A program made the translations under genes and the position numbers. Of a stretch of DNA of 64,000 nucleotides, positions 1-14,610 are shown in pieces; positions within the stretch are counted from its first letter, which is position 1; each line of letters starts with the position of its first letter. The DNA comes from the human T2T-CHM13v2.0 reference genome, Homo sapiens: the NCBI RefSeq assembly GCF_009914755.1, contig NC_060937.1. One strand, 5' to 3'. Below the pieces are notes generated by a model. It made no database searches. It was not told the origin of the DNA and saw only the letters and a program-made list of their open reading frames with translations.

Positions 1-625
1 TATGTTGCTAGTGGGGTTGTAAAGTAGTTCAGCTGCTTAGGAAAAGAGTTTAGCAGTTCCTTAAAATGTTAAACATAGACCTATTGACATTATATTGAAT
101 TGAAAACACACACATACAAAAGCCTGCACAGTTTCTAGCAGCGTTATTCATAATTGCCAAAGAGCAGAATCAACCCAATGCCCATCAACTGTTACATGGA
201 TAAACAAATTGTGGTCTATCCATATAATGGAATATCATTCAGAAATAAAAAAGGATGAAATATTGATACATACTACAACATTGAAAAATTTGAAAACATT
301 ATGCAAAGTGAAAGAATCCAGTCAAAAAGACAACATATTCTATAGTTACATTTATATAAAATGTCCAGAAAGGGCAAATAATATAGACCCAGAAAGTAGA
401 TTATTTTTTGCTTACAATTGAGGTTGGGGGATATGGGGAATGACTGCTAATGGGTACTGGGCTTATCTCTTGGTTTTCCTTTATCCTTGTTGATAAAAAT
501 GTTCTAAAACTAGTTGTGACAGTGGTTGCACAACTCTGCAAATACACTAAAACCACTAAATTTGAAACATCTTAAATGGGTAAATTGTATGGCATGTGAC
601 TTATATCTCAATAAAATTGTTTTAT
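1..625 (+). mobile_element. Old L1 (L1MB/L1MC-type) 3' fragment
   Basis: Degenerate ORF2 C-terminus/3'UTR motifs (caacccaatgcccatcaactg, 'MWSIHIMEYHSEIKKDE' resembling [17 protein letters not shown]) ending in ttatatctcaataaa. Confidence 0.75.
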
Positions 626-2859
626 TTTTTAAAATGAGCAATCATAGCTTCTTTTCTAATTTTAACAAGAGTATGAAGGTTTTTGCATTAATCAAAGACA
701 CACACACATACCATAAAATGTCATTAACACCTATCTAGTTTCTATTTGCAAAGAAAGAGGACAAGAGGTCAATAATATTATTAATGTCAAACAAGAATGG
801 GAGAACTATCAAAATTAAATGTTTTTCTTGAAAATGAAAGCAAACAGAAATGCTTATCCTCAAAAGTATAATCACTGAAAAACACATTGAAATATTTTTT
901 GATTTGCAAAAAAAAATCAAGTTAGTCAAACTGTTTATGTATAAAATTTTGTCATAATCTTAAAATTGCTATAACTCTGTACAAATGCTAATAATTATTA
1001 TTCAATGTATATACTGGAAAAAGTACCCAAATACTATTTCTGTTGATATTGTCCTTTAATTGTGTGTGTAACATTAAAAACAATTGGCATGCTTGCTCTA
1101 ATGCATGGATCAGAAAATCCAGAAGTAGTTTTTGGATCCATTTTGTTCATTGTGCTATTAAGTCTTTACAAATATACTGTATGGTCAATATTATTTTTAG
1201 TGTACCCTGAAGAAGGTAAATATAAAGGAGGCCAGGAGGCTTGGTGAGGTTGCACAGCTAGATCTCTGTTCACACTGGGGAGAATACTGGGCTCCTGCCA
1301 CCAAATGAAGGCTGGGCTGCCTTGCACCTGTCACTCCAGAGATTGACAGATGGAGGCGGGGACCAGCAAATCTCCATGAAGGTGCAGTCAAGTCTCAGCT
1401 TTATGGTGGGATGGATTCAGCGGGTCATGGGTCAGCTGTTGTCCAAAACTGTCTGGAATGAAATAAGGAAGGCTGAGTAGTTCGAGGGACGCATATTAGG
1501 GGCTGATATGACCACAGAGCCAAAGCCTTTTCTCCAGTATAACTTTTATTAGAAATAACTGAGCTATTTTAATTCCAGATTCCTGACATCCTGTGTGAAC
1601 CTCTCAGTTGGCTACAATCTTGGGAGCAAAGATGGATAATATTTATTGGGCACTTTTTCCAACGTTTCACAAACCTGAATAATAGAGGTAAGACTAAACC
1701 GAGACATTGTAATTCTAAGTACAGGGACCTTTTAGTAATCAAATATGCTTTTTGAGAGTTGAATGTTCTATCAGGTCCTTGAGGAGACATCTCTGGTCTC
1801 AAATTATGTTCTGCATCTACTCATAGTGACATAGGGAACACTTGCTGTCATTCTATAATTAGTGATAAAATTCAAGATGGAAATATTAAGGTAATTTGTG
1901 AGAAATACTCTGATTTAAACACAGGAGTCCAGTTTATTTTTAACTGTGTCAATTTTTCCTAGAAATAAAACTCACATTGGGGTTGGGGTGGACTGATCAC
2001 TGCAAGAATGTTTTGATGATCTACACAAAGAGATTTGAGGGGCTTGGATATTGGCCTCTGAAGATTAAAAGAGGTAGGTGGATCTGACAACTGAGTAGGA
2101 AGTAGAATAAAATGCAAAGAACATGAAGAAGTCATTTGCAGGAACAAAGAGTGAATTGTCCTCTATAGACAAAAGTTACAATCCCTTTTTGTGTATAAAT
2201 AAATTACAATTAATATAATATTAAGACACTACTTCCTCTGCCTATCAAATAGCAAAGATTTTAAAGAGAATTGGAGAGTGAAGAAATAGCATAAATTGGT
2301 GCAATCTTTTGTAATGATATTTTAATTGTGTATTAAAAGTTTTAAAATGTGCATAGTCTGTGATTGATTTTTCTCTTTCAAAATTCATCCTACAGAAACA
2401 ACCTGAGATATATATAAAGTATACATATTTATGGAAATTAAAAATTATCAACAGAAAATATGGAAACAATTTCTTTTATGCTGAGTTAAGGATACAAAGT
2501 ATGCACAGATCATAGAACCTTGGTAGCATTTCTCCCTTGTAGAATAGCAGCTGTTATTGTCAGAAAATATTTATATTAAACTAAGTTCAAAAATCAAACC
2601 ATGGTATAATACACCCTTTAATGTTGTTTTTTACAAAAACGTACACGGAAAACAATAGAACAAATGTAAGAGAGGAAGAAAGAGAAGAAAAGGACACGTC
2701 ATTATTAACCATCTTTCAGGAAGTAGAGTTTCAGTTATGTTTTTATGAATTATTGTTTTTCTTTCACTTTTCTGGGTTTCCTAAATACTCTGTATTGATT
2801 ATTTAGTGTTAGGATAATTAGGAATATAATTTTCCTTTTAAAGTTTAATAACTTTGTGG

Positions 2860-3348
2860 AAGTCACTTCCAGTTGTCTAGCCAGTTCTTATTCATTCACA
2901 TTTCCTCCTTTCTAATAGATCCTCATTTTTGTATGAAGTTGCAATATGCCCAATTTAAAGTACTCACCTGCTCCAAATGCCTTGCAGATAGGGTTTGCTA
3001 TAAAGTGTGAGCAATTATGTGTTAATGTAAGTGACTTTGGTTGTATGTACCTTTTGGACTTTCACATTTTACCCTTTACTCTACTATATCTTCTTTCTGC
3101 CTATAACACAAATGTGATGCCTAGAGATGGAGCAGCCGTGTTATTAATGTAAGAATGAAAAGTCCCAAGCTAGACAAAAACTTAGAAGAAACTCTGGTCC
3201 TGAATAACTTCATCAAGCTGTTGCTCAAGCCTTGTACTACCATCTACATGAGTTTCTTTCTACCTAAATGAAAATCAGTCTTCATGTGTGCAAATCACTC
3301 TGGACTAATTTCCTTTGCATATAACGAAATTCAGTCTTAACTGACACA
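2860..3348 (+). mobile_element. Degenerate ERVL/MaLR-class LTR (MLT1/LTR16/LTR33-like)
   Basis: ctagagatggagcagcc ... ctggtcctgaataacttcatcaagctg ... ending cttaactgacaca; subfamily not resolved. Confidence 0.4.
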
Positions 3349-4056
3349 AAGGAGAAGAAAATCATTAATTTACACTCTACTCTGAATTGTAAATGATGAT
3401 GGATAGAATGAATCTAGTAAACATTTGAATTGGGGGAACTAAAAGATGAAAAGATACAGAAAACATTTTCGGAGTAGGGAATTTTTCTTACATCTTTACT
3501 GTATTTGAAAATGTGGGGCACCAAGGAATACCTGATGGGGGTGTGTTAGTGTGATTTCTATCTCAACTTCAGAACACTGGGGAATAGTTACTACCTCAGT
3601 TTCCCTTGATAGCCAACTGGCTACTGTTATGTGATTAGATATGTTGATCTCTTAGTAGAAAAGATTAAAATAATAATTCTTATATAGTTGAACATTTTAT
3701 GTAAAAAGATTTCAATGGCCACATTACATATGATCAAATAGAATTCTCACATTTAAAAATAGGATGATAAATAAAATACTTTTAAAAGGAAAGATAATTT
3801 TGACCATTGAACACGAATCAGCCCTGGAAAAACCAAGAGCACATAATGTTCATGCTTTTGGCCTTTCTTAAGACTTCATCTACCTGTATACAGGATTCTT
3901 ACCCTACGTTATTTCAAAGGTAATCCCTGTTCCAAAATCCTCATCTTTTTTCCTTCTTTGCTAGAGTATGAAAATGCTTTCCACATTGTCCACAGCTAGT
4001 AGCCCCTTCTAGACATGGGTTAAAATCACCCAGCACTAGAAGCTGTGCCATTACAA

Positions 4057-4340
4057 CACGTGCATTTTTCTTAATGACGGCCAATGAACCATAACAAAAT
4101 TGAAACTTCCCTCTCTGGTAGTGATCAGACAGGTTCAAAAAGAATATTTGATGAGATGCCAAGCCAGCACATTGCTGCCATTATAAAAGCAACGCCCACA
4201 CCCAAATCAGCCAGGCTTTTCTTCTCTGTTATAGAACAGCTGCCTCCCATAGTGAGCCGGATTTAGCGCAAGATCAAAAATCTCGACGCCTTCTATGTGG
4301 GTTCTGTGACATTTCACAGTTGCATGGGACCCAGGTAAAA
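4057..4340 (+). promoter_or_regulatory. Candidate promoter plus first exon (E-box, CRE half-site, CCAAT, TATA, GT/GC box, splice donor)
   Basis: CACGTG 4057-4062, TGACG 4075-4079, CCAAT 4081-4085, TATAAAAG 4182-4189, gcccacaccc ~4194-4203, CAG|GTAAAA at 4334/4335; motif evidence only. Confidence 0.3.
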
Positions 4341-4630
4341 CCATTAAAAAATACTTTGGGACTATTTCAAGGAGAAAATAGAAACACAAGGCCCTGTTAT
4401 CCAGTGTCATTAGACTTTTTCTTATACTACGTGGAGCTGTCCCCTTAGAAACCTCAGTGAAGTGTTGGGAGCAAGCAGCCTGATCCTTAATTCATTCCTG
4501 CATTCATGTATTGAGTACATATCTATTGAGAAAATATTATAACTAAAACATTAGGATTAAAGTGCTGTACTAAGCTGCTTCTGCTTCTGGTTCAAACATT
4601 TTGCTTTTTTTTTAATAAAAAAAATATTTC

Positions 4631-4904
4631 TTTGAAACAAGGTTTTACTCTGTTGCCCAGGCTGGAGTGCAGTGGAGTGATCGTGACTCACTGCAGGCTT
4701 GACCTCCTTGGCTCAAGCAATCCTCCTACTTCAACCTCCCGAGTAGCTGGGACTATCTAGGTTTTTGTTTTCTTTTGTTTTGTTTCGTAGAGATGAGGTT
4801 TTACTATATTGTCCAGGCTGGTCTTGAACTCCTGGGCTCAAGCTATCCTCCCACCTGGGCCTCAGAAAGTGCTGGGATTACAAATGTCAGCCACCAACCA
4901 GGCC
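4631..4904 (-). mobile_element. AluJ-like SINE with internal deletion
   Basis: ctgttgcccaggctggagtgcagtgg ... ctcctgggctcaagc ... gtgctgggattaca; ggctcaagc in both arms is J-type. Confidence 0.9.
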
Positions 4905-5379
4905 TTAGTTTGCTGTTTTTATTGTTACTTCAAAGCACTATTGTTATTCCAAACACCTTCATTGTATCTATTATAAGAAATGTTCTAATCAAGTTGAAGC
5001 AAGCTATGATTCTACTCCATTCAATTTCACATTTCACAATCTCAATGCTATAAGCACCAAAAATGTGCTTTCTGTTATTTAATCTATTTTAGAGTGAGGT
5101 CTTCACTCTTATTTTATGTGCTAATCAACCTGTAGCATCTTATCTATTCTATTGTGCAGGTATATAACATATAATTGGTGAAATAACAGAATCTCGGTCA
5201 GAATGGACTGAACACTATTCTGCAGCACATCAAAAGCAAGGCTTTCAAATGCTACTTGGATAACGTAATTCTTAGAAAGGTAGCTTTTGTACTGCATTGA
5301 CATCTACTCTTGTTGGTTCTTGTTCTACATTCAAGAGACACAGAAACGTCTAAACGTTCTCTCATATAACAGCCCTACA

Positions 5380-5830
5380 AGGTTTTGATTTTACTCCACA
5401 AATGCTGATTCTTCCCCATCCCAGTCTTAACAAATTTACCTCTTTTTCTAGATAAACTTCCTCAGGTTTGTCAAATAATCCTCCTAGACACACCTGCAAA
5501 CCCATCCTTATTCGTCTTCTCTGGATGAATTTTAGTTTGTCAATGTCCCTTTTAAAGTGTGAACATAAGTGGTAGGTGTGGTCTGTTAAGTTCATAGAAT
5601 AGCAAGAATGCTGTCTTCCTCCTGACTGGCACTATAACCTGACAAAGTCGGCTTTGTTCACATTTGCATTTTGGGCCACTTCACTGTCTAATGTTGAGCT
5701 TTTCGTCAATTAAGACCCCTAGATCTTTTTCATGCACAATGCTATCAACCCTATTTATAACTACAGATTTTGTATTTGAAGGCAGTCTATAGGACTTAAT
5801 CCTCTCTAAAGCTCTCATCTTTTGGACTTA
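5380..5830 (-). mobile_element. L3/CR1 LINE fragment
   Basis: Minus-strand translation 'HFKRDIDKLKFIQRRRIRM' resembles the CR1 RT C-terminal PHFKKDIDKLERVQRRATRM motif. Confidence 0.65.
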
Positions 5831-6712
5831 GTGTAGCATTTCATAATGATATCTATTATATTTCACATCCTCAGTTTGATTCTTTTCTACACCTTTTCAG
5901 GGTTGTGTCTGTTTCTGACAATTTTAAATGTGAGGCTGATAATTTCATGACTTTATTCAAAAAACTTCAAAAATACCTAAAAATCCATCTAATTAGGTAA
6001 AAATTCCTAGCTTAGGATTTAATTCTCTCCTATTACCTCACCTGATACTTCTAGTCTCAATTCCAGATGAGAAGTCGCAGATATGACTTGCACCCTTGTG
6101 CCCTGGCATAACCCCCTCCCCCAAACAACCTAAGCCACATTTTTTTTTGTAGTTTATAAGGAGCCACATTATCAACTAGCACAGCTTCAGAGATGGTCTG
6201 AGTGTTACAGGAGCTACTATTTATGGAAACTCACTGAAAATATCTAAGCTTTAAGCAATTGCAGGTTAATTATCTTTAGAAAAATAATCTGCTTCCTGCA
6301 AGATGTTTCCCAGCCTTTATGCTTTGAGATAATATTAATTTTAATTAATAACATATGCTACAAATTATCACTATATTTAAAGTTTCATTGCAGCTCAAAT
6401 TTTTGAAATGCCATTGACCTTAAAAGATCCACCACTATACTGTTTCTCCTGATGCATCCATCTAATGCATCCTCTTCCTTCATTAAAATTTCATCACATT
6501 CTGCTTGCTTTATCAAAAATGTTGTACTCTAACTTACTGTATAATAGGCTCTATACTTTGCTTTCACCCTTCATCTTATACCTCAACCCTAAAACTATAA
6601 GATTCTTGAAAATTATGTTTGTTTTTCAATCATTCTCAACATCAATATCTGCTAATACAAAGCAGGTGCTGCATTACTATTAATTAAATGGAATTAAATT
6701 AGTATTTCTCTC

Positions 6713-7081
6713 TATATTAAGCCATTTTGCATTGATACAAAGAAATGCCTGAGACTGGGTAATTTATAAAGGAAAGGGGCTTAACTGGCTCATGGTTCTG
6801 CAGGCTGTACAGGAAGCATGGTGCTGACATCTGCTCAGCTTCTGCTGAAGTCTCAGGGAACTTTCAATCATGGCAGAAGCTGAAGCAGGAGCAGGTACAT
6901 CACGTGGAGAAAGCAGGAGCAAGAGATAGAGAGAGTAAGAGAGAGGTGCCCACACTTATAATGACTTGATCTCATGAGAACTCACTCACTATTGCCAAGA
7001 CAGCACCAAGCCCCACCTCCAGCACTGAGGATTACAATTCATTATGAAATTTGGGTGGGGACAAATACCCAAACTACATCT
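6713..7081 (-). mobile_element. MST (MSTB-like) MaLR solo LTR
   Basis: cctgagactgggtaatttataaag ... ggctcatggttctgcaggctgtacaggaagcatggtgc ... atttgggtggggacaaatacccaaac. Confidence 0.88.
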
Positions 7082-8555
7082 TATGATTTTTCATGCACAA
7101 ATTCCATCAGAAACCCAGAAATTGATGTTTAAAAAATGTGTATGGAGTGCTTTTCTGTTTTGTAAATTATTTTAGAAATAGTTGAGTTCTCATCTAAAAT
7201 CTTTCCTTGACGTTTGAAATAGAGGAAAAGAAGAGAGTCAGGCTGTAAGATGGGTCTTCCAGGAGGATGGTAGGACCAGCAGGGTGATAAAGGAGGACAT
7301 GCCATCCCAGAGAATAGCAGTGCTGTATGTGCACTCTAGGATTTGAGAAACAGAAGCAACACAACCTGCATCTCGGCTCTCTGCTTCCATCTTAGAACTG
7401 AATTTAAGTCATGACATGGTACCATGTATGATGGCCATCTTTTTACTAGTAGTTGGCCAGATCAACCAACACATTGCTATCAAAACCATTTCCATGGTCT
7501 GGGAAGATGGGAAGCAGAATTGATGAACGTTAAGTTTCATTCATCTGGCTCAATATTGCATGAAAATGTGGGTAAAGTCTGTGTCGAGTTTGTGGATCTA
7601 AGAAACATATGAACCCTTCTTTTCATCTTCTGTAATAACCTCTTGATATAATCCATTTCCTATAATGTTTATATGTTAATATACATAAAGTATAAATGCA
7701 TGAACTTCAGTTTATGTGTTTACATCTGCAGCTCGCTTGTACCAAGTTTGTAATGTGAAAAAAGTCTTATTAGAGCCTATGTCTCTTTGAGAATATCAGG
7801 AAATCAGGTCAATGCATCAAGAAGTTTATTTATCTGATAGACTTAAGGTAATAGGAATTAAACAATGAGAAGCAAAATAGAAGAAAGATGTTAGAAGGTT
7901 TGAGACAAGTGACAGACTGACATAAAAGAATAGGAAAAAGGAAAAGTAGTTTGATTTTATATGATCTGAAATGTTTCCCATTTATTTACATTACCTGAAA
8001 CCACAGTAGCATAGACATGCATACTCTAACTTCATGCCACTGACATTCTTTGCAGCAGCAAGAATAAATTGCCTAAATAATAGATAACAGTTGATCAGGA
8101 AGAGCAATGTCCTAGCAGAGCTGAGACAACAGTGAGGAAATTAATGGACTAATATACCTATCATATTCATATCTTCAGTGACAAGTTATGTTTCCTATTT
8201 CTGAAATGTGTTTTGCATTATTAGTCAGAGCAGTATCTCTTATGTATTATTTTCCTACAAAATAATCTTTAGGTTTAATTCAAAAGTATTATGAACAGGT
8301 GTTAGATATGTCTTGATTACATCATTATGCAGTTTACAGAAATGCATTAACAAAAAGAAAGTGTTAATGTAACTGAAGCTCGATTCTAAGCAGGATGTTC
8401 ATATTTTCTTTAAGTGGATACATGAAAATAAATAATGCAACATATACATAATGTACACTAGAAAGTTATTCTACTATTCAATATCTGTTTTGTCTGTCAA
8501 TGTTCAATCAAACGTGATTAAAATGTAAGAGAAGACATTTTCTCAAGACATTGTT

Positions 8556-8567
8556 AAAAGTCAAAAA
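8556..8567 (+). repeat. 5' target-site duplication of the L1 (aaaagtcaaaaa)
   Basis: Identical 12-mer at 14599-14610; preceded by TT, giving the L1 endonuclease site TT/AAAA. Confidence 0.92.
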
Positions 8568-9498
8568 GTTTTTCTCGTCTGTTTTTTTCCCCATCTTTGT
8601 GGTTTTATCTACTTTTGGTCTTTGATGATGGTGATGTACAGATGGGTTTTTGGTGTGGATGTCCTTTCTGTTTGTTAGTTTTCCTTCTAACAGACAGGAC
8701 CCTCAGCTGCAGGTCTGTTGGAATACCCTGCTGTGTGAGGTGTCAGTGTGCCCCTGCTGGGGGGTGCCTCCCAGTTAGGCTGCTCGGGGGTCAGGGGTCA
8801 GGGACCCACTTGAGGAGGCAGTCTGCCCATTCTCAGATCTCCAGCTGCGTGCTGGGAGAACCACTGCTCTCTTCAAAGCTGTCAGACAGGGACATTTAAG
8901 TCTGCAGAGGTTACTGCTGTCTTTTTGTTTGTCTGTGCCCTGCCCCGAGAGGTGGAACCTACAGAGGCAGGCAGGCCTCCTTGAGCTGTGGTGGGCTCCA
9001 CCCAGTTCCAGCTTCCTGGCTGCTTTGTTTACCTAAGCAAGCCTGGGCAATGGCGGGCGCCCCTCCCCCAGCCTCACTGCCGCCTTGCAGTTTGATCTCA
9101 GACTGCTGTGCTAGCAATCAGCGAGACTCCGTGGGCGTAGGACCCTCCGAGCCAGGTGCGGGATATAATCTCGTGCTGTGCCGTTTTTTAAGCCCAATGG
9201 AAAAGCGCAGTATTTGGGTGGGAGTGACCCGATTTTCCAGGTGCCGTCAGTCACCCCTTTCTTTGACTAGGAAAGGGAACTCCCTGACCCCTTGCACTTC
9301 CCGAGTGAGGCAATGCCTCACCCTGCTTCGGCTCGCGCATGGTGCATGCACCCACTGACCTGCGCCCACTGTCTGGCACTCCCTAGTGAGATGAGCCCGG
9401 TACCTCAGATGGAAATGCAGAAATCACCCATCTTCTGCGTCGCTTTCGCTGGGAGCTGTAGACAGGAGCTGTTCCTATTCGGCCATCTTGGCTCCTCC
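8568..9498 (-). promoter_or_regulatory. Inverted L1 5'UTR: sense promoter on minus strand, antisense promoter on plus strand
   Basis: Reverse complement from 9498 reads GGAGGAGCCAAGATGGCCG (L1 5' terminus, intact YY1 site 9480-9490) through to the ORF1 ATG at 8594-8592; CpG-rich. Confidence 0.93.
9050..9358 (+). CDS. ORF0: L1 ORF0, C-terminally extended variant (102 aa)
   Basis: MAGAPPPASLPPCSLISDCCASNQRDSVGVGPSEPG...VGVTRFSRC matches primate L1 ORF0; internal donors CAG|GT at 9155/9156 and 9240/9241; expression unknown. Confidence 0.8.
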   Translation: MAGAPPPASLPPCSLISDCCASNQRDSVGVGPSEPGAGYNLVLCRFLSPMEKRSIWVGVTRFSRCRQSPLSLTRKGNSLTPCTSRVRQCLTLLRLAHGACTH

Positions 9499-9749
9499 GA
9501 AAAACTGGAAACTCTAAAAAGCAGAGCGCCTCTCCTCCTCCAAAGGAACGCAGTTCCTCACCAGCAACGGAACAAAGCTGGGGGGAGAATGACTTTGACG
9601 AGCTGAGAGAAGAAGGCTTCAGATGATCAAATTACTCTGAGCTACGGGAGGACATTCAAACCAAGGGCAAAGAAGTTGAAAACTTTGAAAAAAATTTAGA
9701 AGAATGTATAACTAGAATAACCAATACAGAGAAGTGCTTAAAGGAGCTG

Positions 9750-10496
9750 ATGAAGCTGAAAACCAAGGCTCGAGAACTACGTGAAGAATGCAGAAGCCTC
9801 AGGAGCCGATGTGATCAACTGGAAGAAAGGGTATCAGCAATGGAAGATGAAATGAATGAAATGAAGCGAGAAGGGAAGTTTAGAGAAAAAAGAATAAAAA
9901 GAAATGAGCAAACCCTCCAAGAAATATGGGACTATGTGAAAAGACCAAATCTACATCTGATTGGTGTACCTGAAAGTGATGGGGAGAATGGAACCAAGTT
10001 GGAAAACACTCTGCAGGATATTATCCATGAGAACTTCCCCAATCTAGCAAGGCAGGCCAACGTTCAGATTCAGGAAATACAGAGAACGCCACAAAGATAC
10101 TCCTCGAGAAGAGCAACTCCAAGACAGATAATTGCCAGATTCACCAAAGTTGAAATGAAGGAAAAAATGTTAAGGGCAGCAAGAGAGAAAGATCGGGTTA
10201 CCCTCAAAGGGAAGCCCATCAGACTAACAGCAGATCTCTCGGCAGAAACCCTACAAGCCAGAAGAGAGTGGGGGCCAATATTCAACATTCTTAAAGAAAA
10301 GGATTTTCAACCCAGAATTTCATATCCAGCCAAACTAAGCTTCATAAGTGAAGGAGAAATAAAATACTTTACAGACAAGCAAATGCTGAGAGATTTTGTC
10401 ACCAGCAGGCCTGACCTAAAAGAGCTCCTGAAGGAAGCGCTAAACATGGAAAGGAACAACCAGTACCAGCCGCTGCAAAATCATGCCAAAATGTAA
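9750..10496 (+). CDS. ORF1: L1 ORF1p, N-terminally truncated open remainder (248 aa); native ORF1 disrupted
   Basis: Coiled-coil/RRM/CTD sequence (...EIWDYVKRPNL...YPAKLS...QNHAKM); native ATG carried into the inverted segment and in-frame TGA at 9624-9626. Confidence 0.85.
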   Translation: MKLKTKARELREECRSLRSRCDQLEERVSAMEDEMNEMKREGKFREKRIKRNEQTLQEIWDYVKRPNLHLIGVPESDGENGTKLENTLQDIIHENFPNLARQANVQIQEIQRTPQRYSSRRATPRQIIARFTKVEMKEKMLRAAREKDRVTLKGKPIRLTADLSAETLQARREWGPIFNILKEKDFQPRISYPAKLSFISEGEIKYFTDKQMLRDFVTSRPDLKELLKEALNMERNNQYQPLQNHAKM

Positions 10497-10559
10497 AGAC
10501 CATCGAGACTAGGAAGAAACTGAATCAACTAACGAAGAAAATAACCAGCTAACATCATC

Positions 10560-14375
<3,816 letters not shown>

Positions 14376-14598
14376 ACAATGAGATCACGTGGACACAGGA
14401 AGGGGAACATCACACTCTGGGGACTGTTGTGGGGTGGGGGGAGGGGGGAGGGATAGCATTGGGAGATATACCTAATGCTAAATGACAAGTTAATGGGTGC
14501 AGGACACCAGCATGGCCCATGTATACATATGTAAATAACCTGCACAATGTGCACATGTACCCTAAAACTTAAAGTATAATAATAAAAGAAAAGAAAAA

Positions 14599-14610
14599 AA
14601 AAGTCAAAAA
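14599..14610 (+). repeat. 3' target-site duplication of the L1
   Basis: aaaagtcaaaaa directly after the A-rich tail. Confidence 0.92.

Noticed and set aside
1201-1215. Possible 15-nt microexon (tttag|...AAG|GTAAAT)
   Set aside because: No host gene context; such pairs are frequent by chance
3941-4162. Minus-strand ORF with CGQCGKH resembling a zinc-finger start
   Set aside because: No correctly spaced HxxxH, no linker or repeats
8597-8899. 100-aa plus-strand ORF
   Set aside because: Antisense reading of the L1 5'UTR 3' part, starting at a non-ATG codon; no independent coding evidence
9292-9606. 104-aa ORF crossing the inversion junction
   Set aside because: Enters the L1 body out of frame with ORF1, so it does not restore ORF1p; useful only as a junction marker
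14430-14452. G-quadruplex-forming tract
   Set aside because: Standard feature of the L1PA 3'UTR
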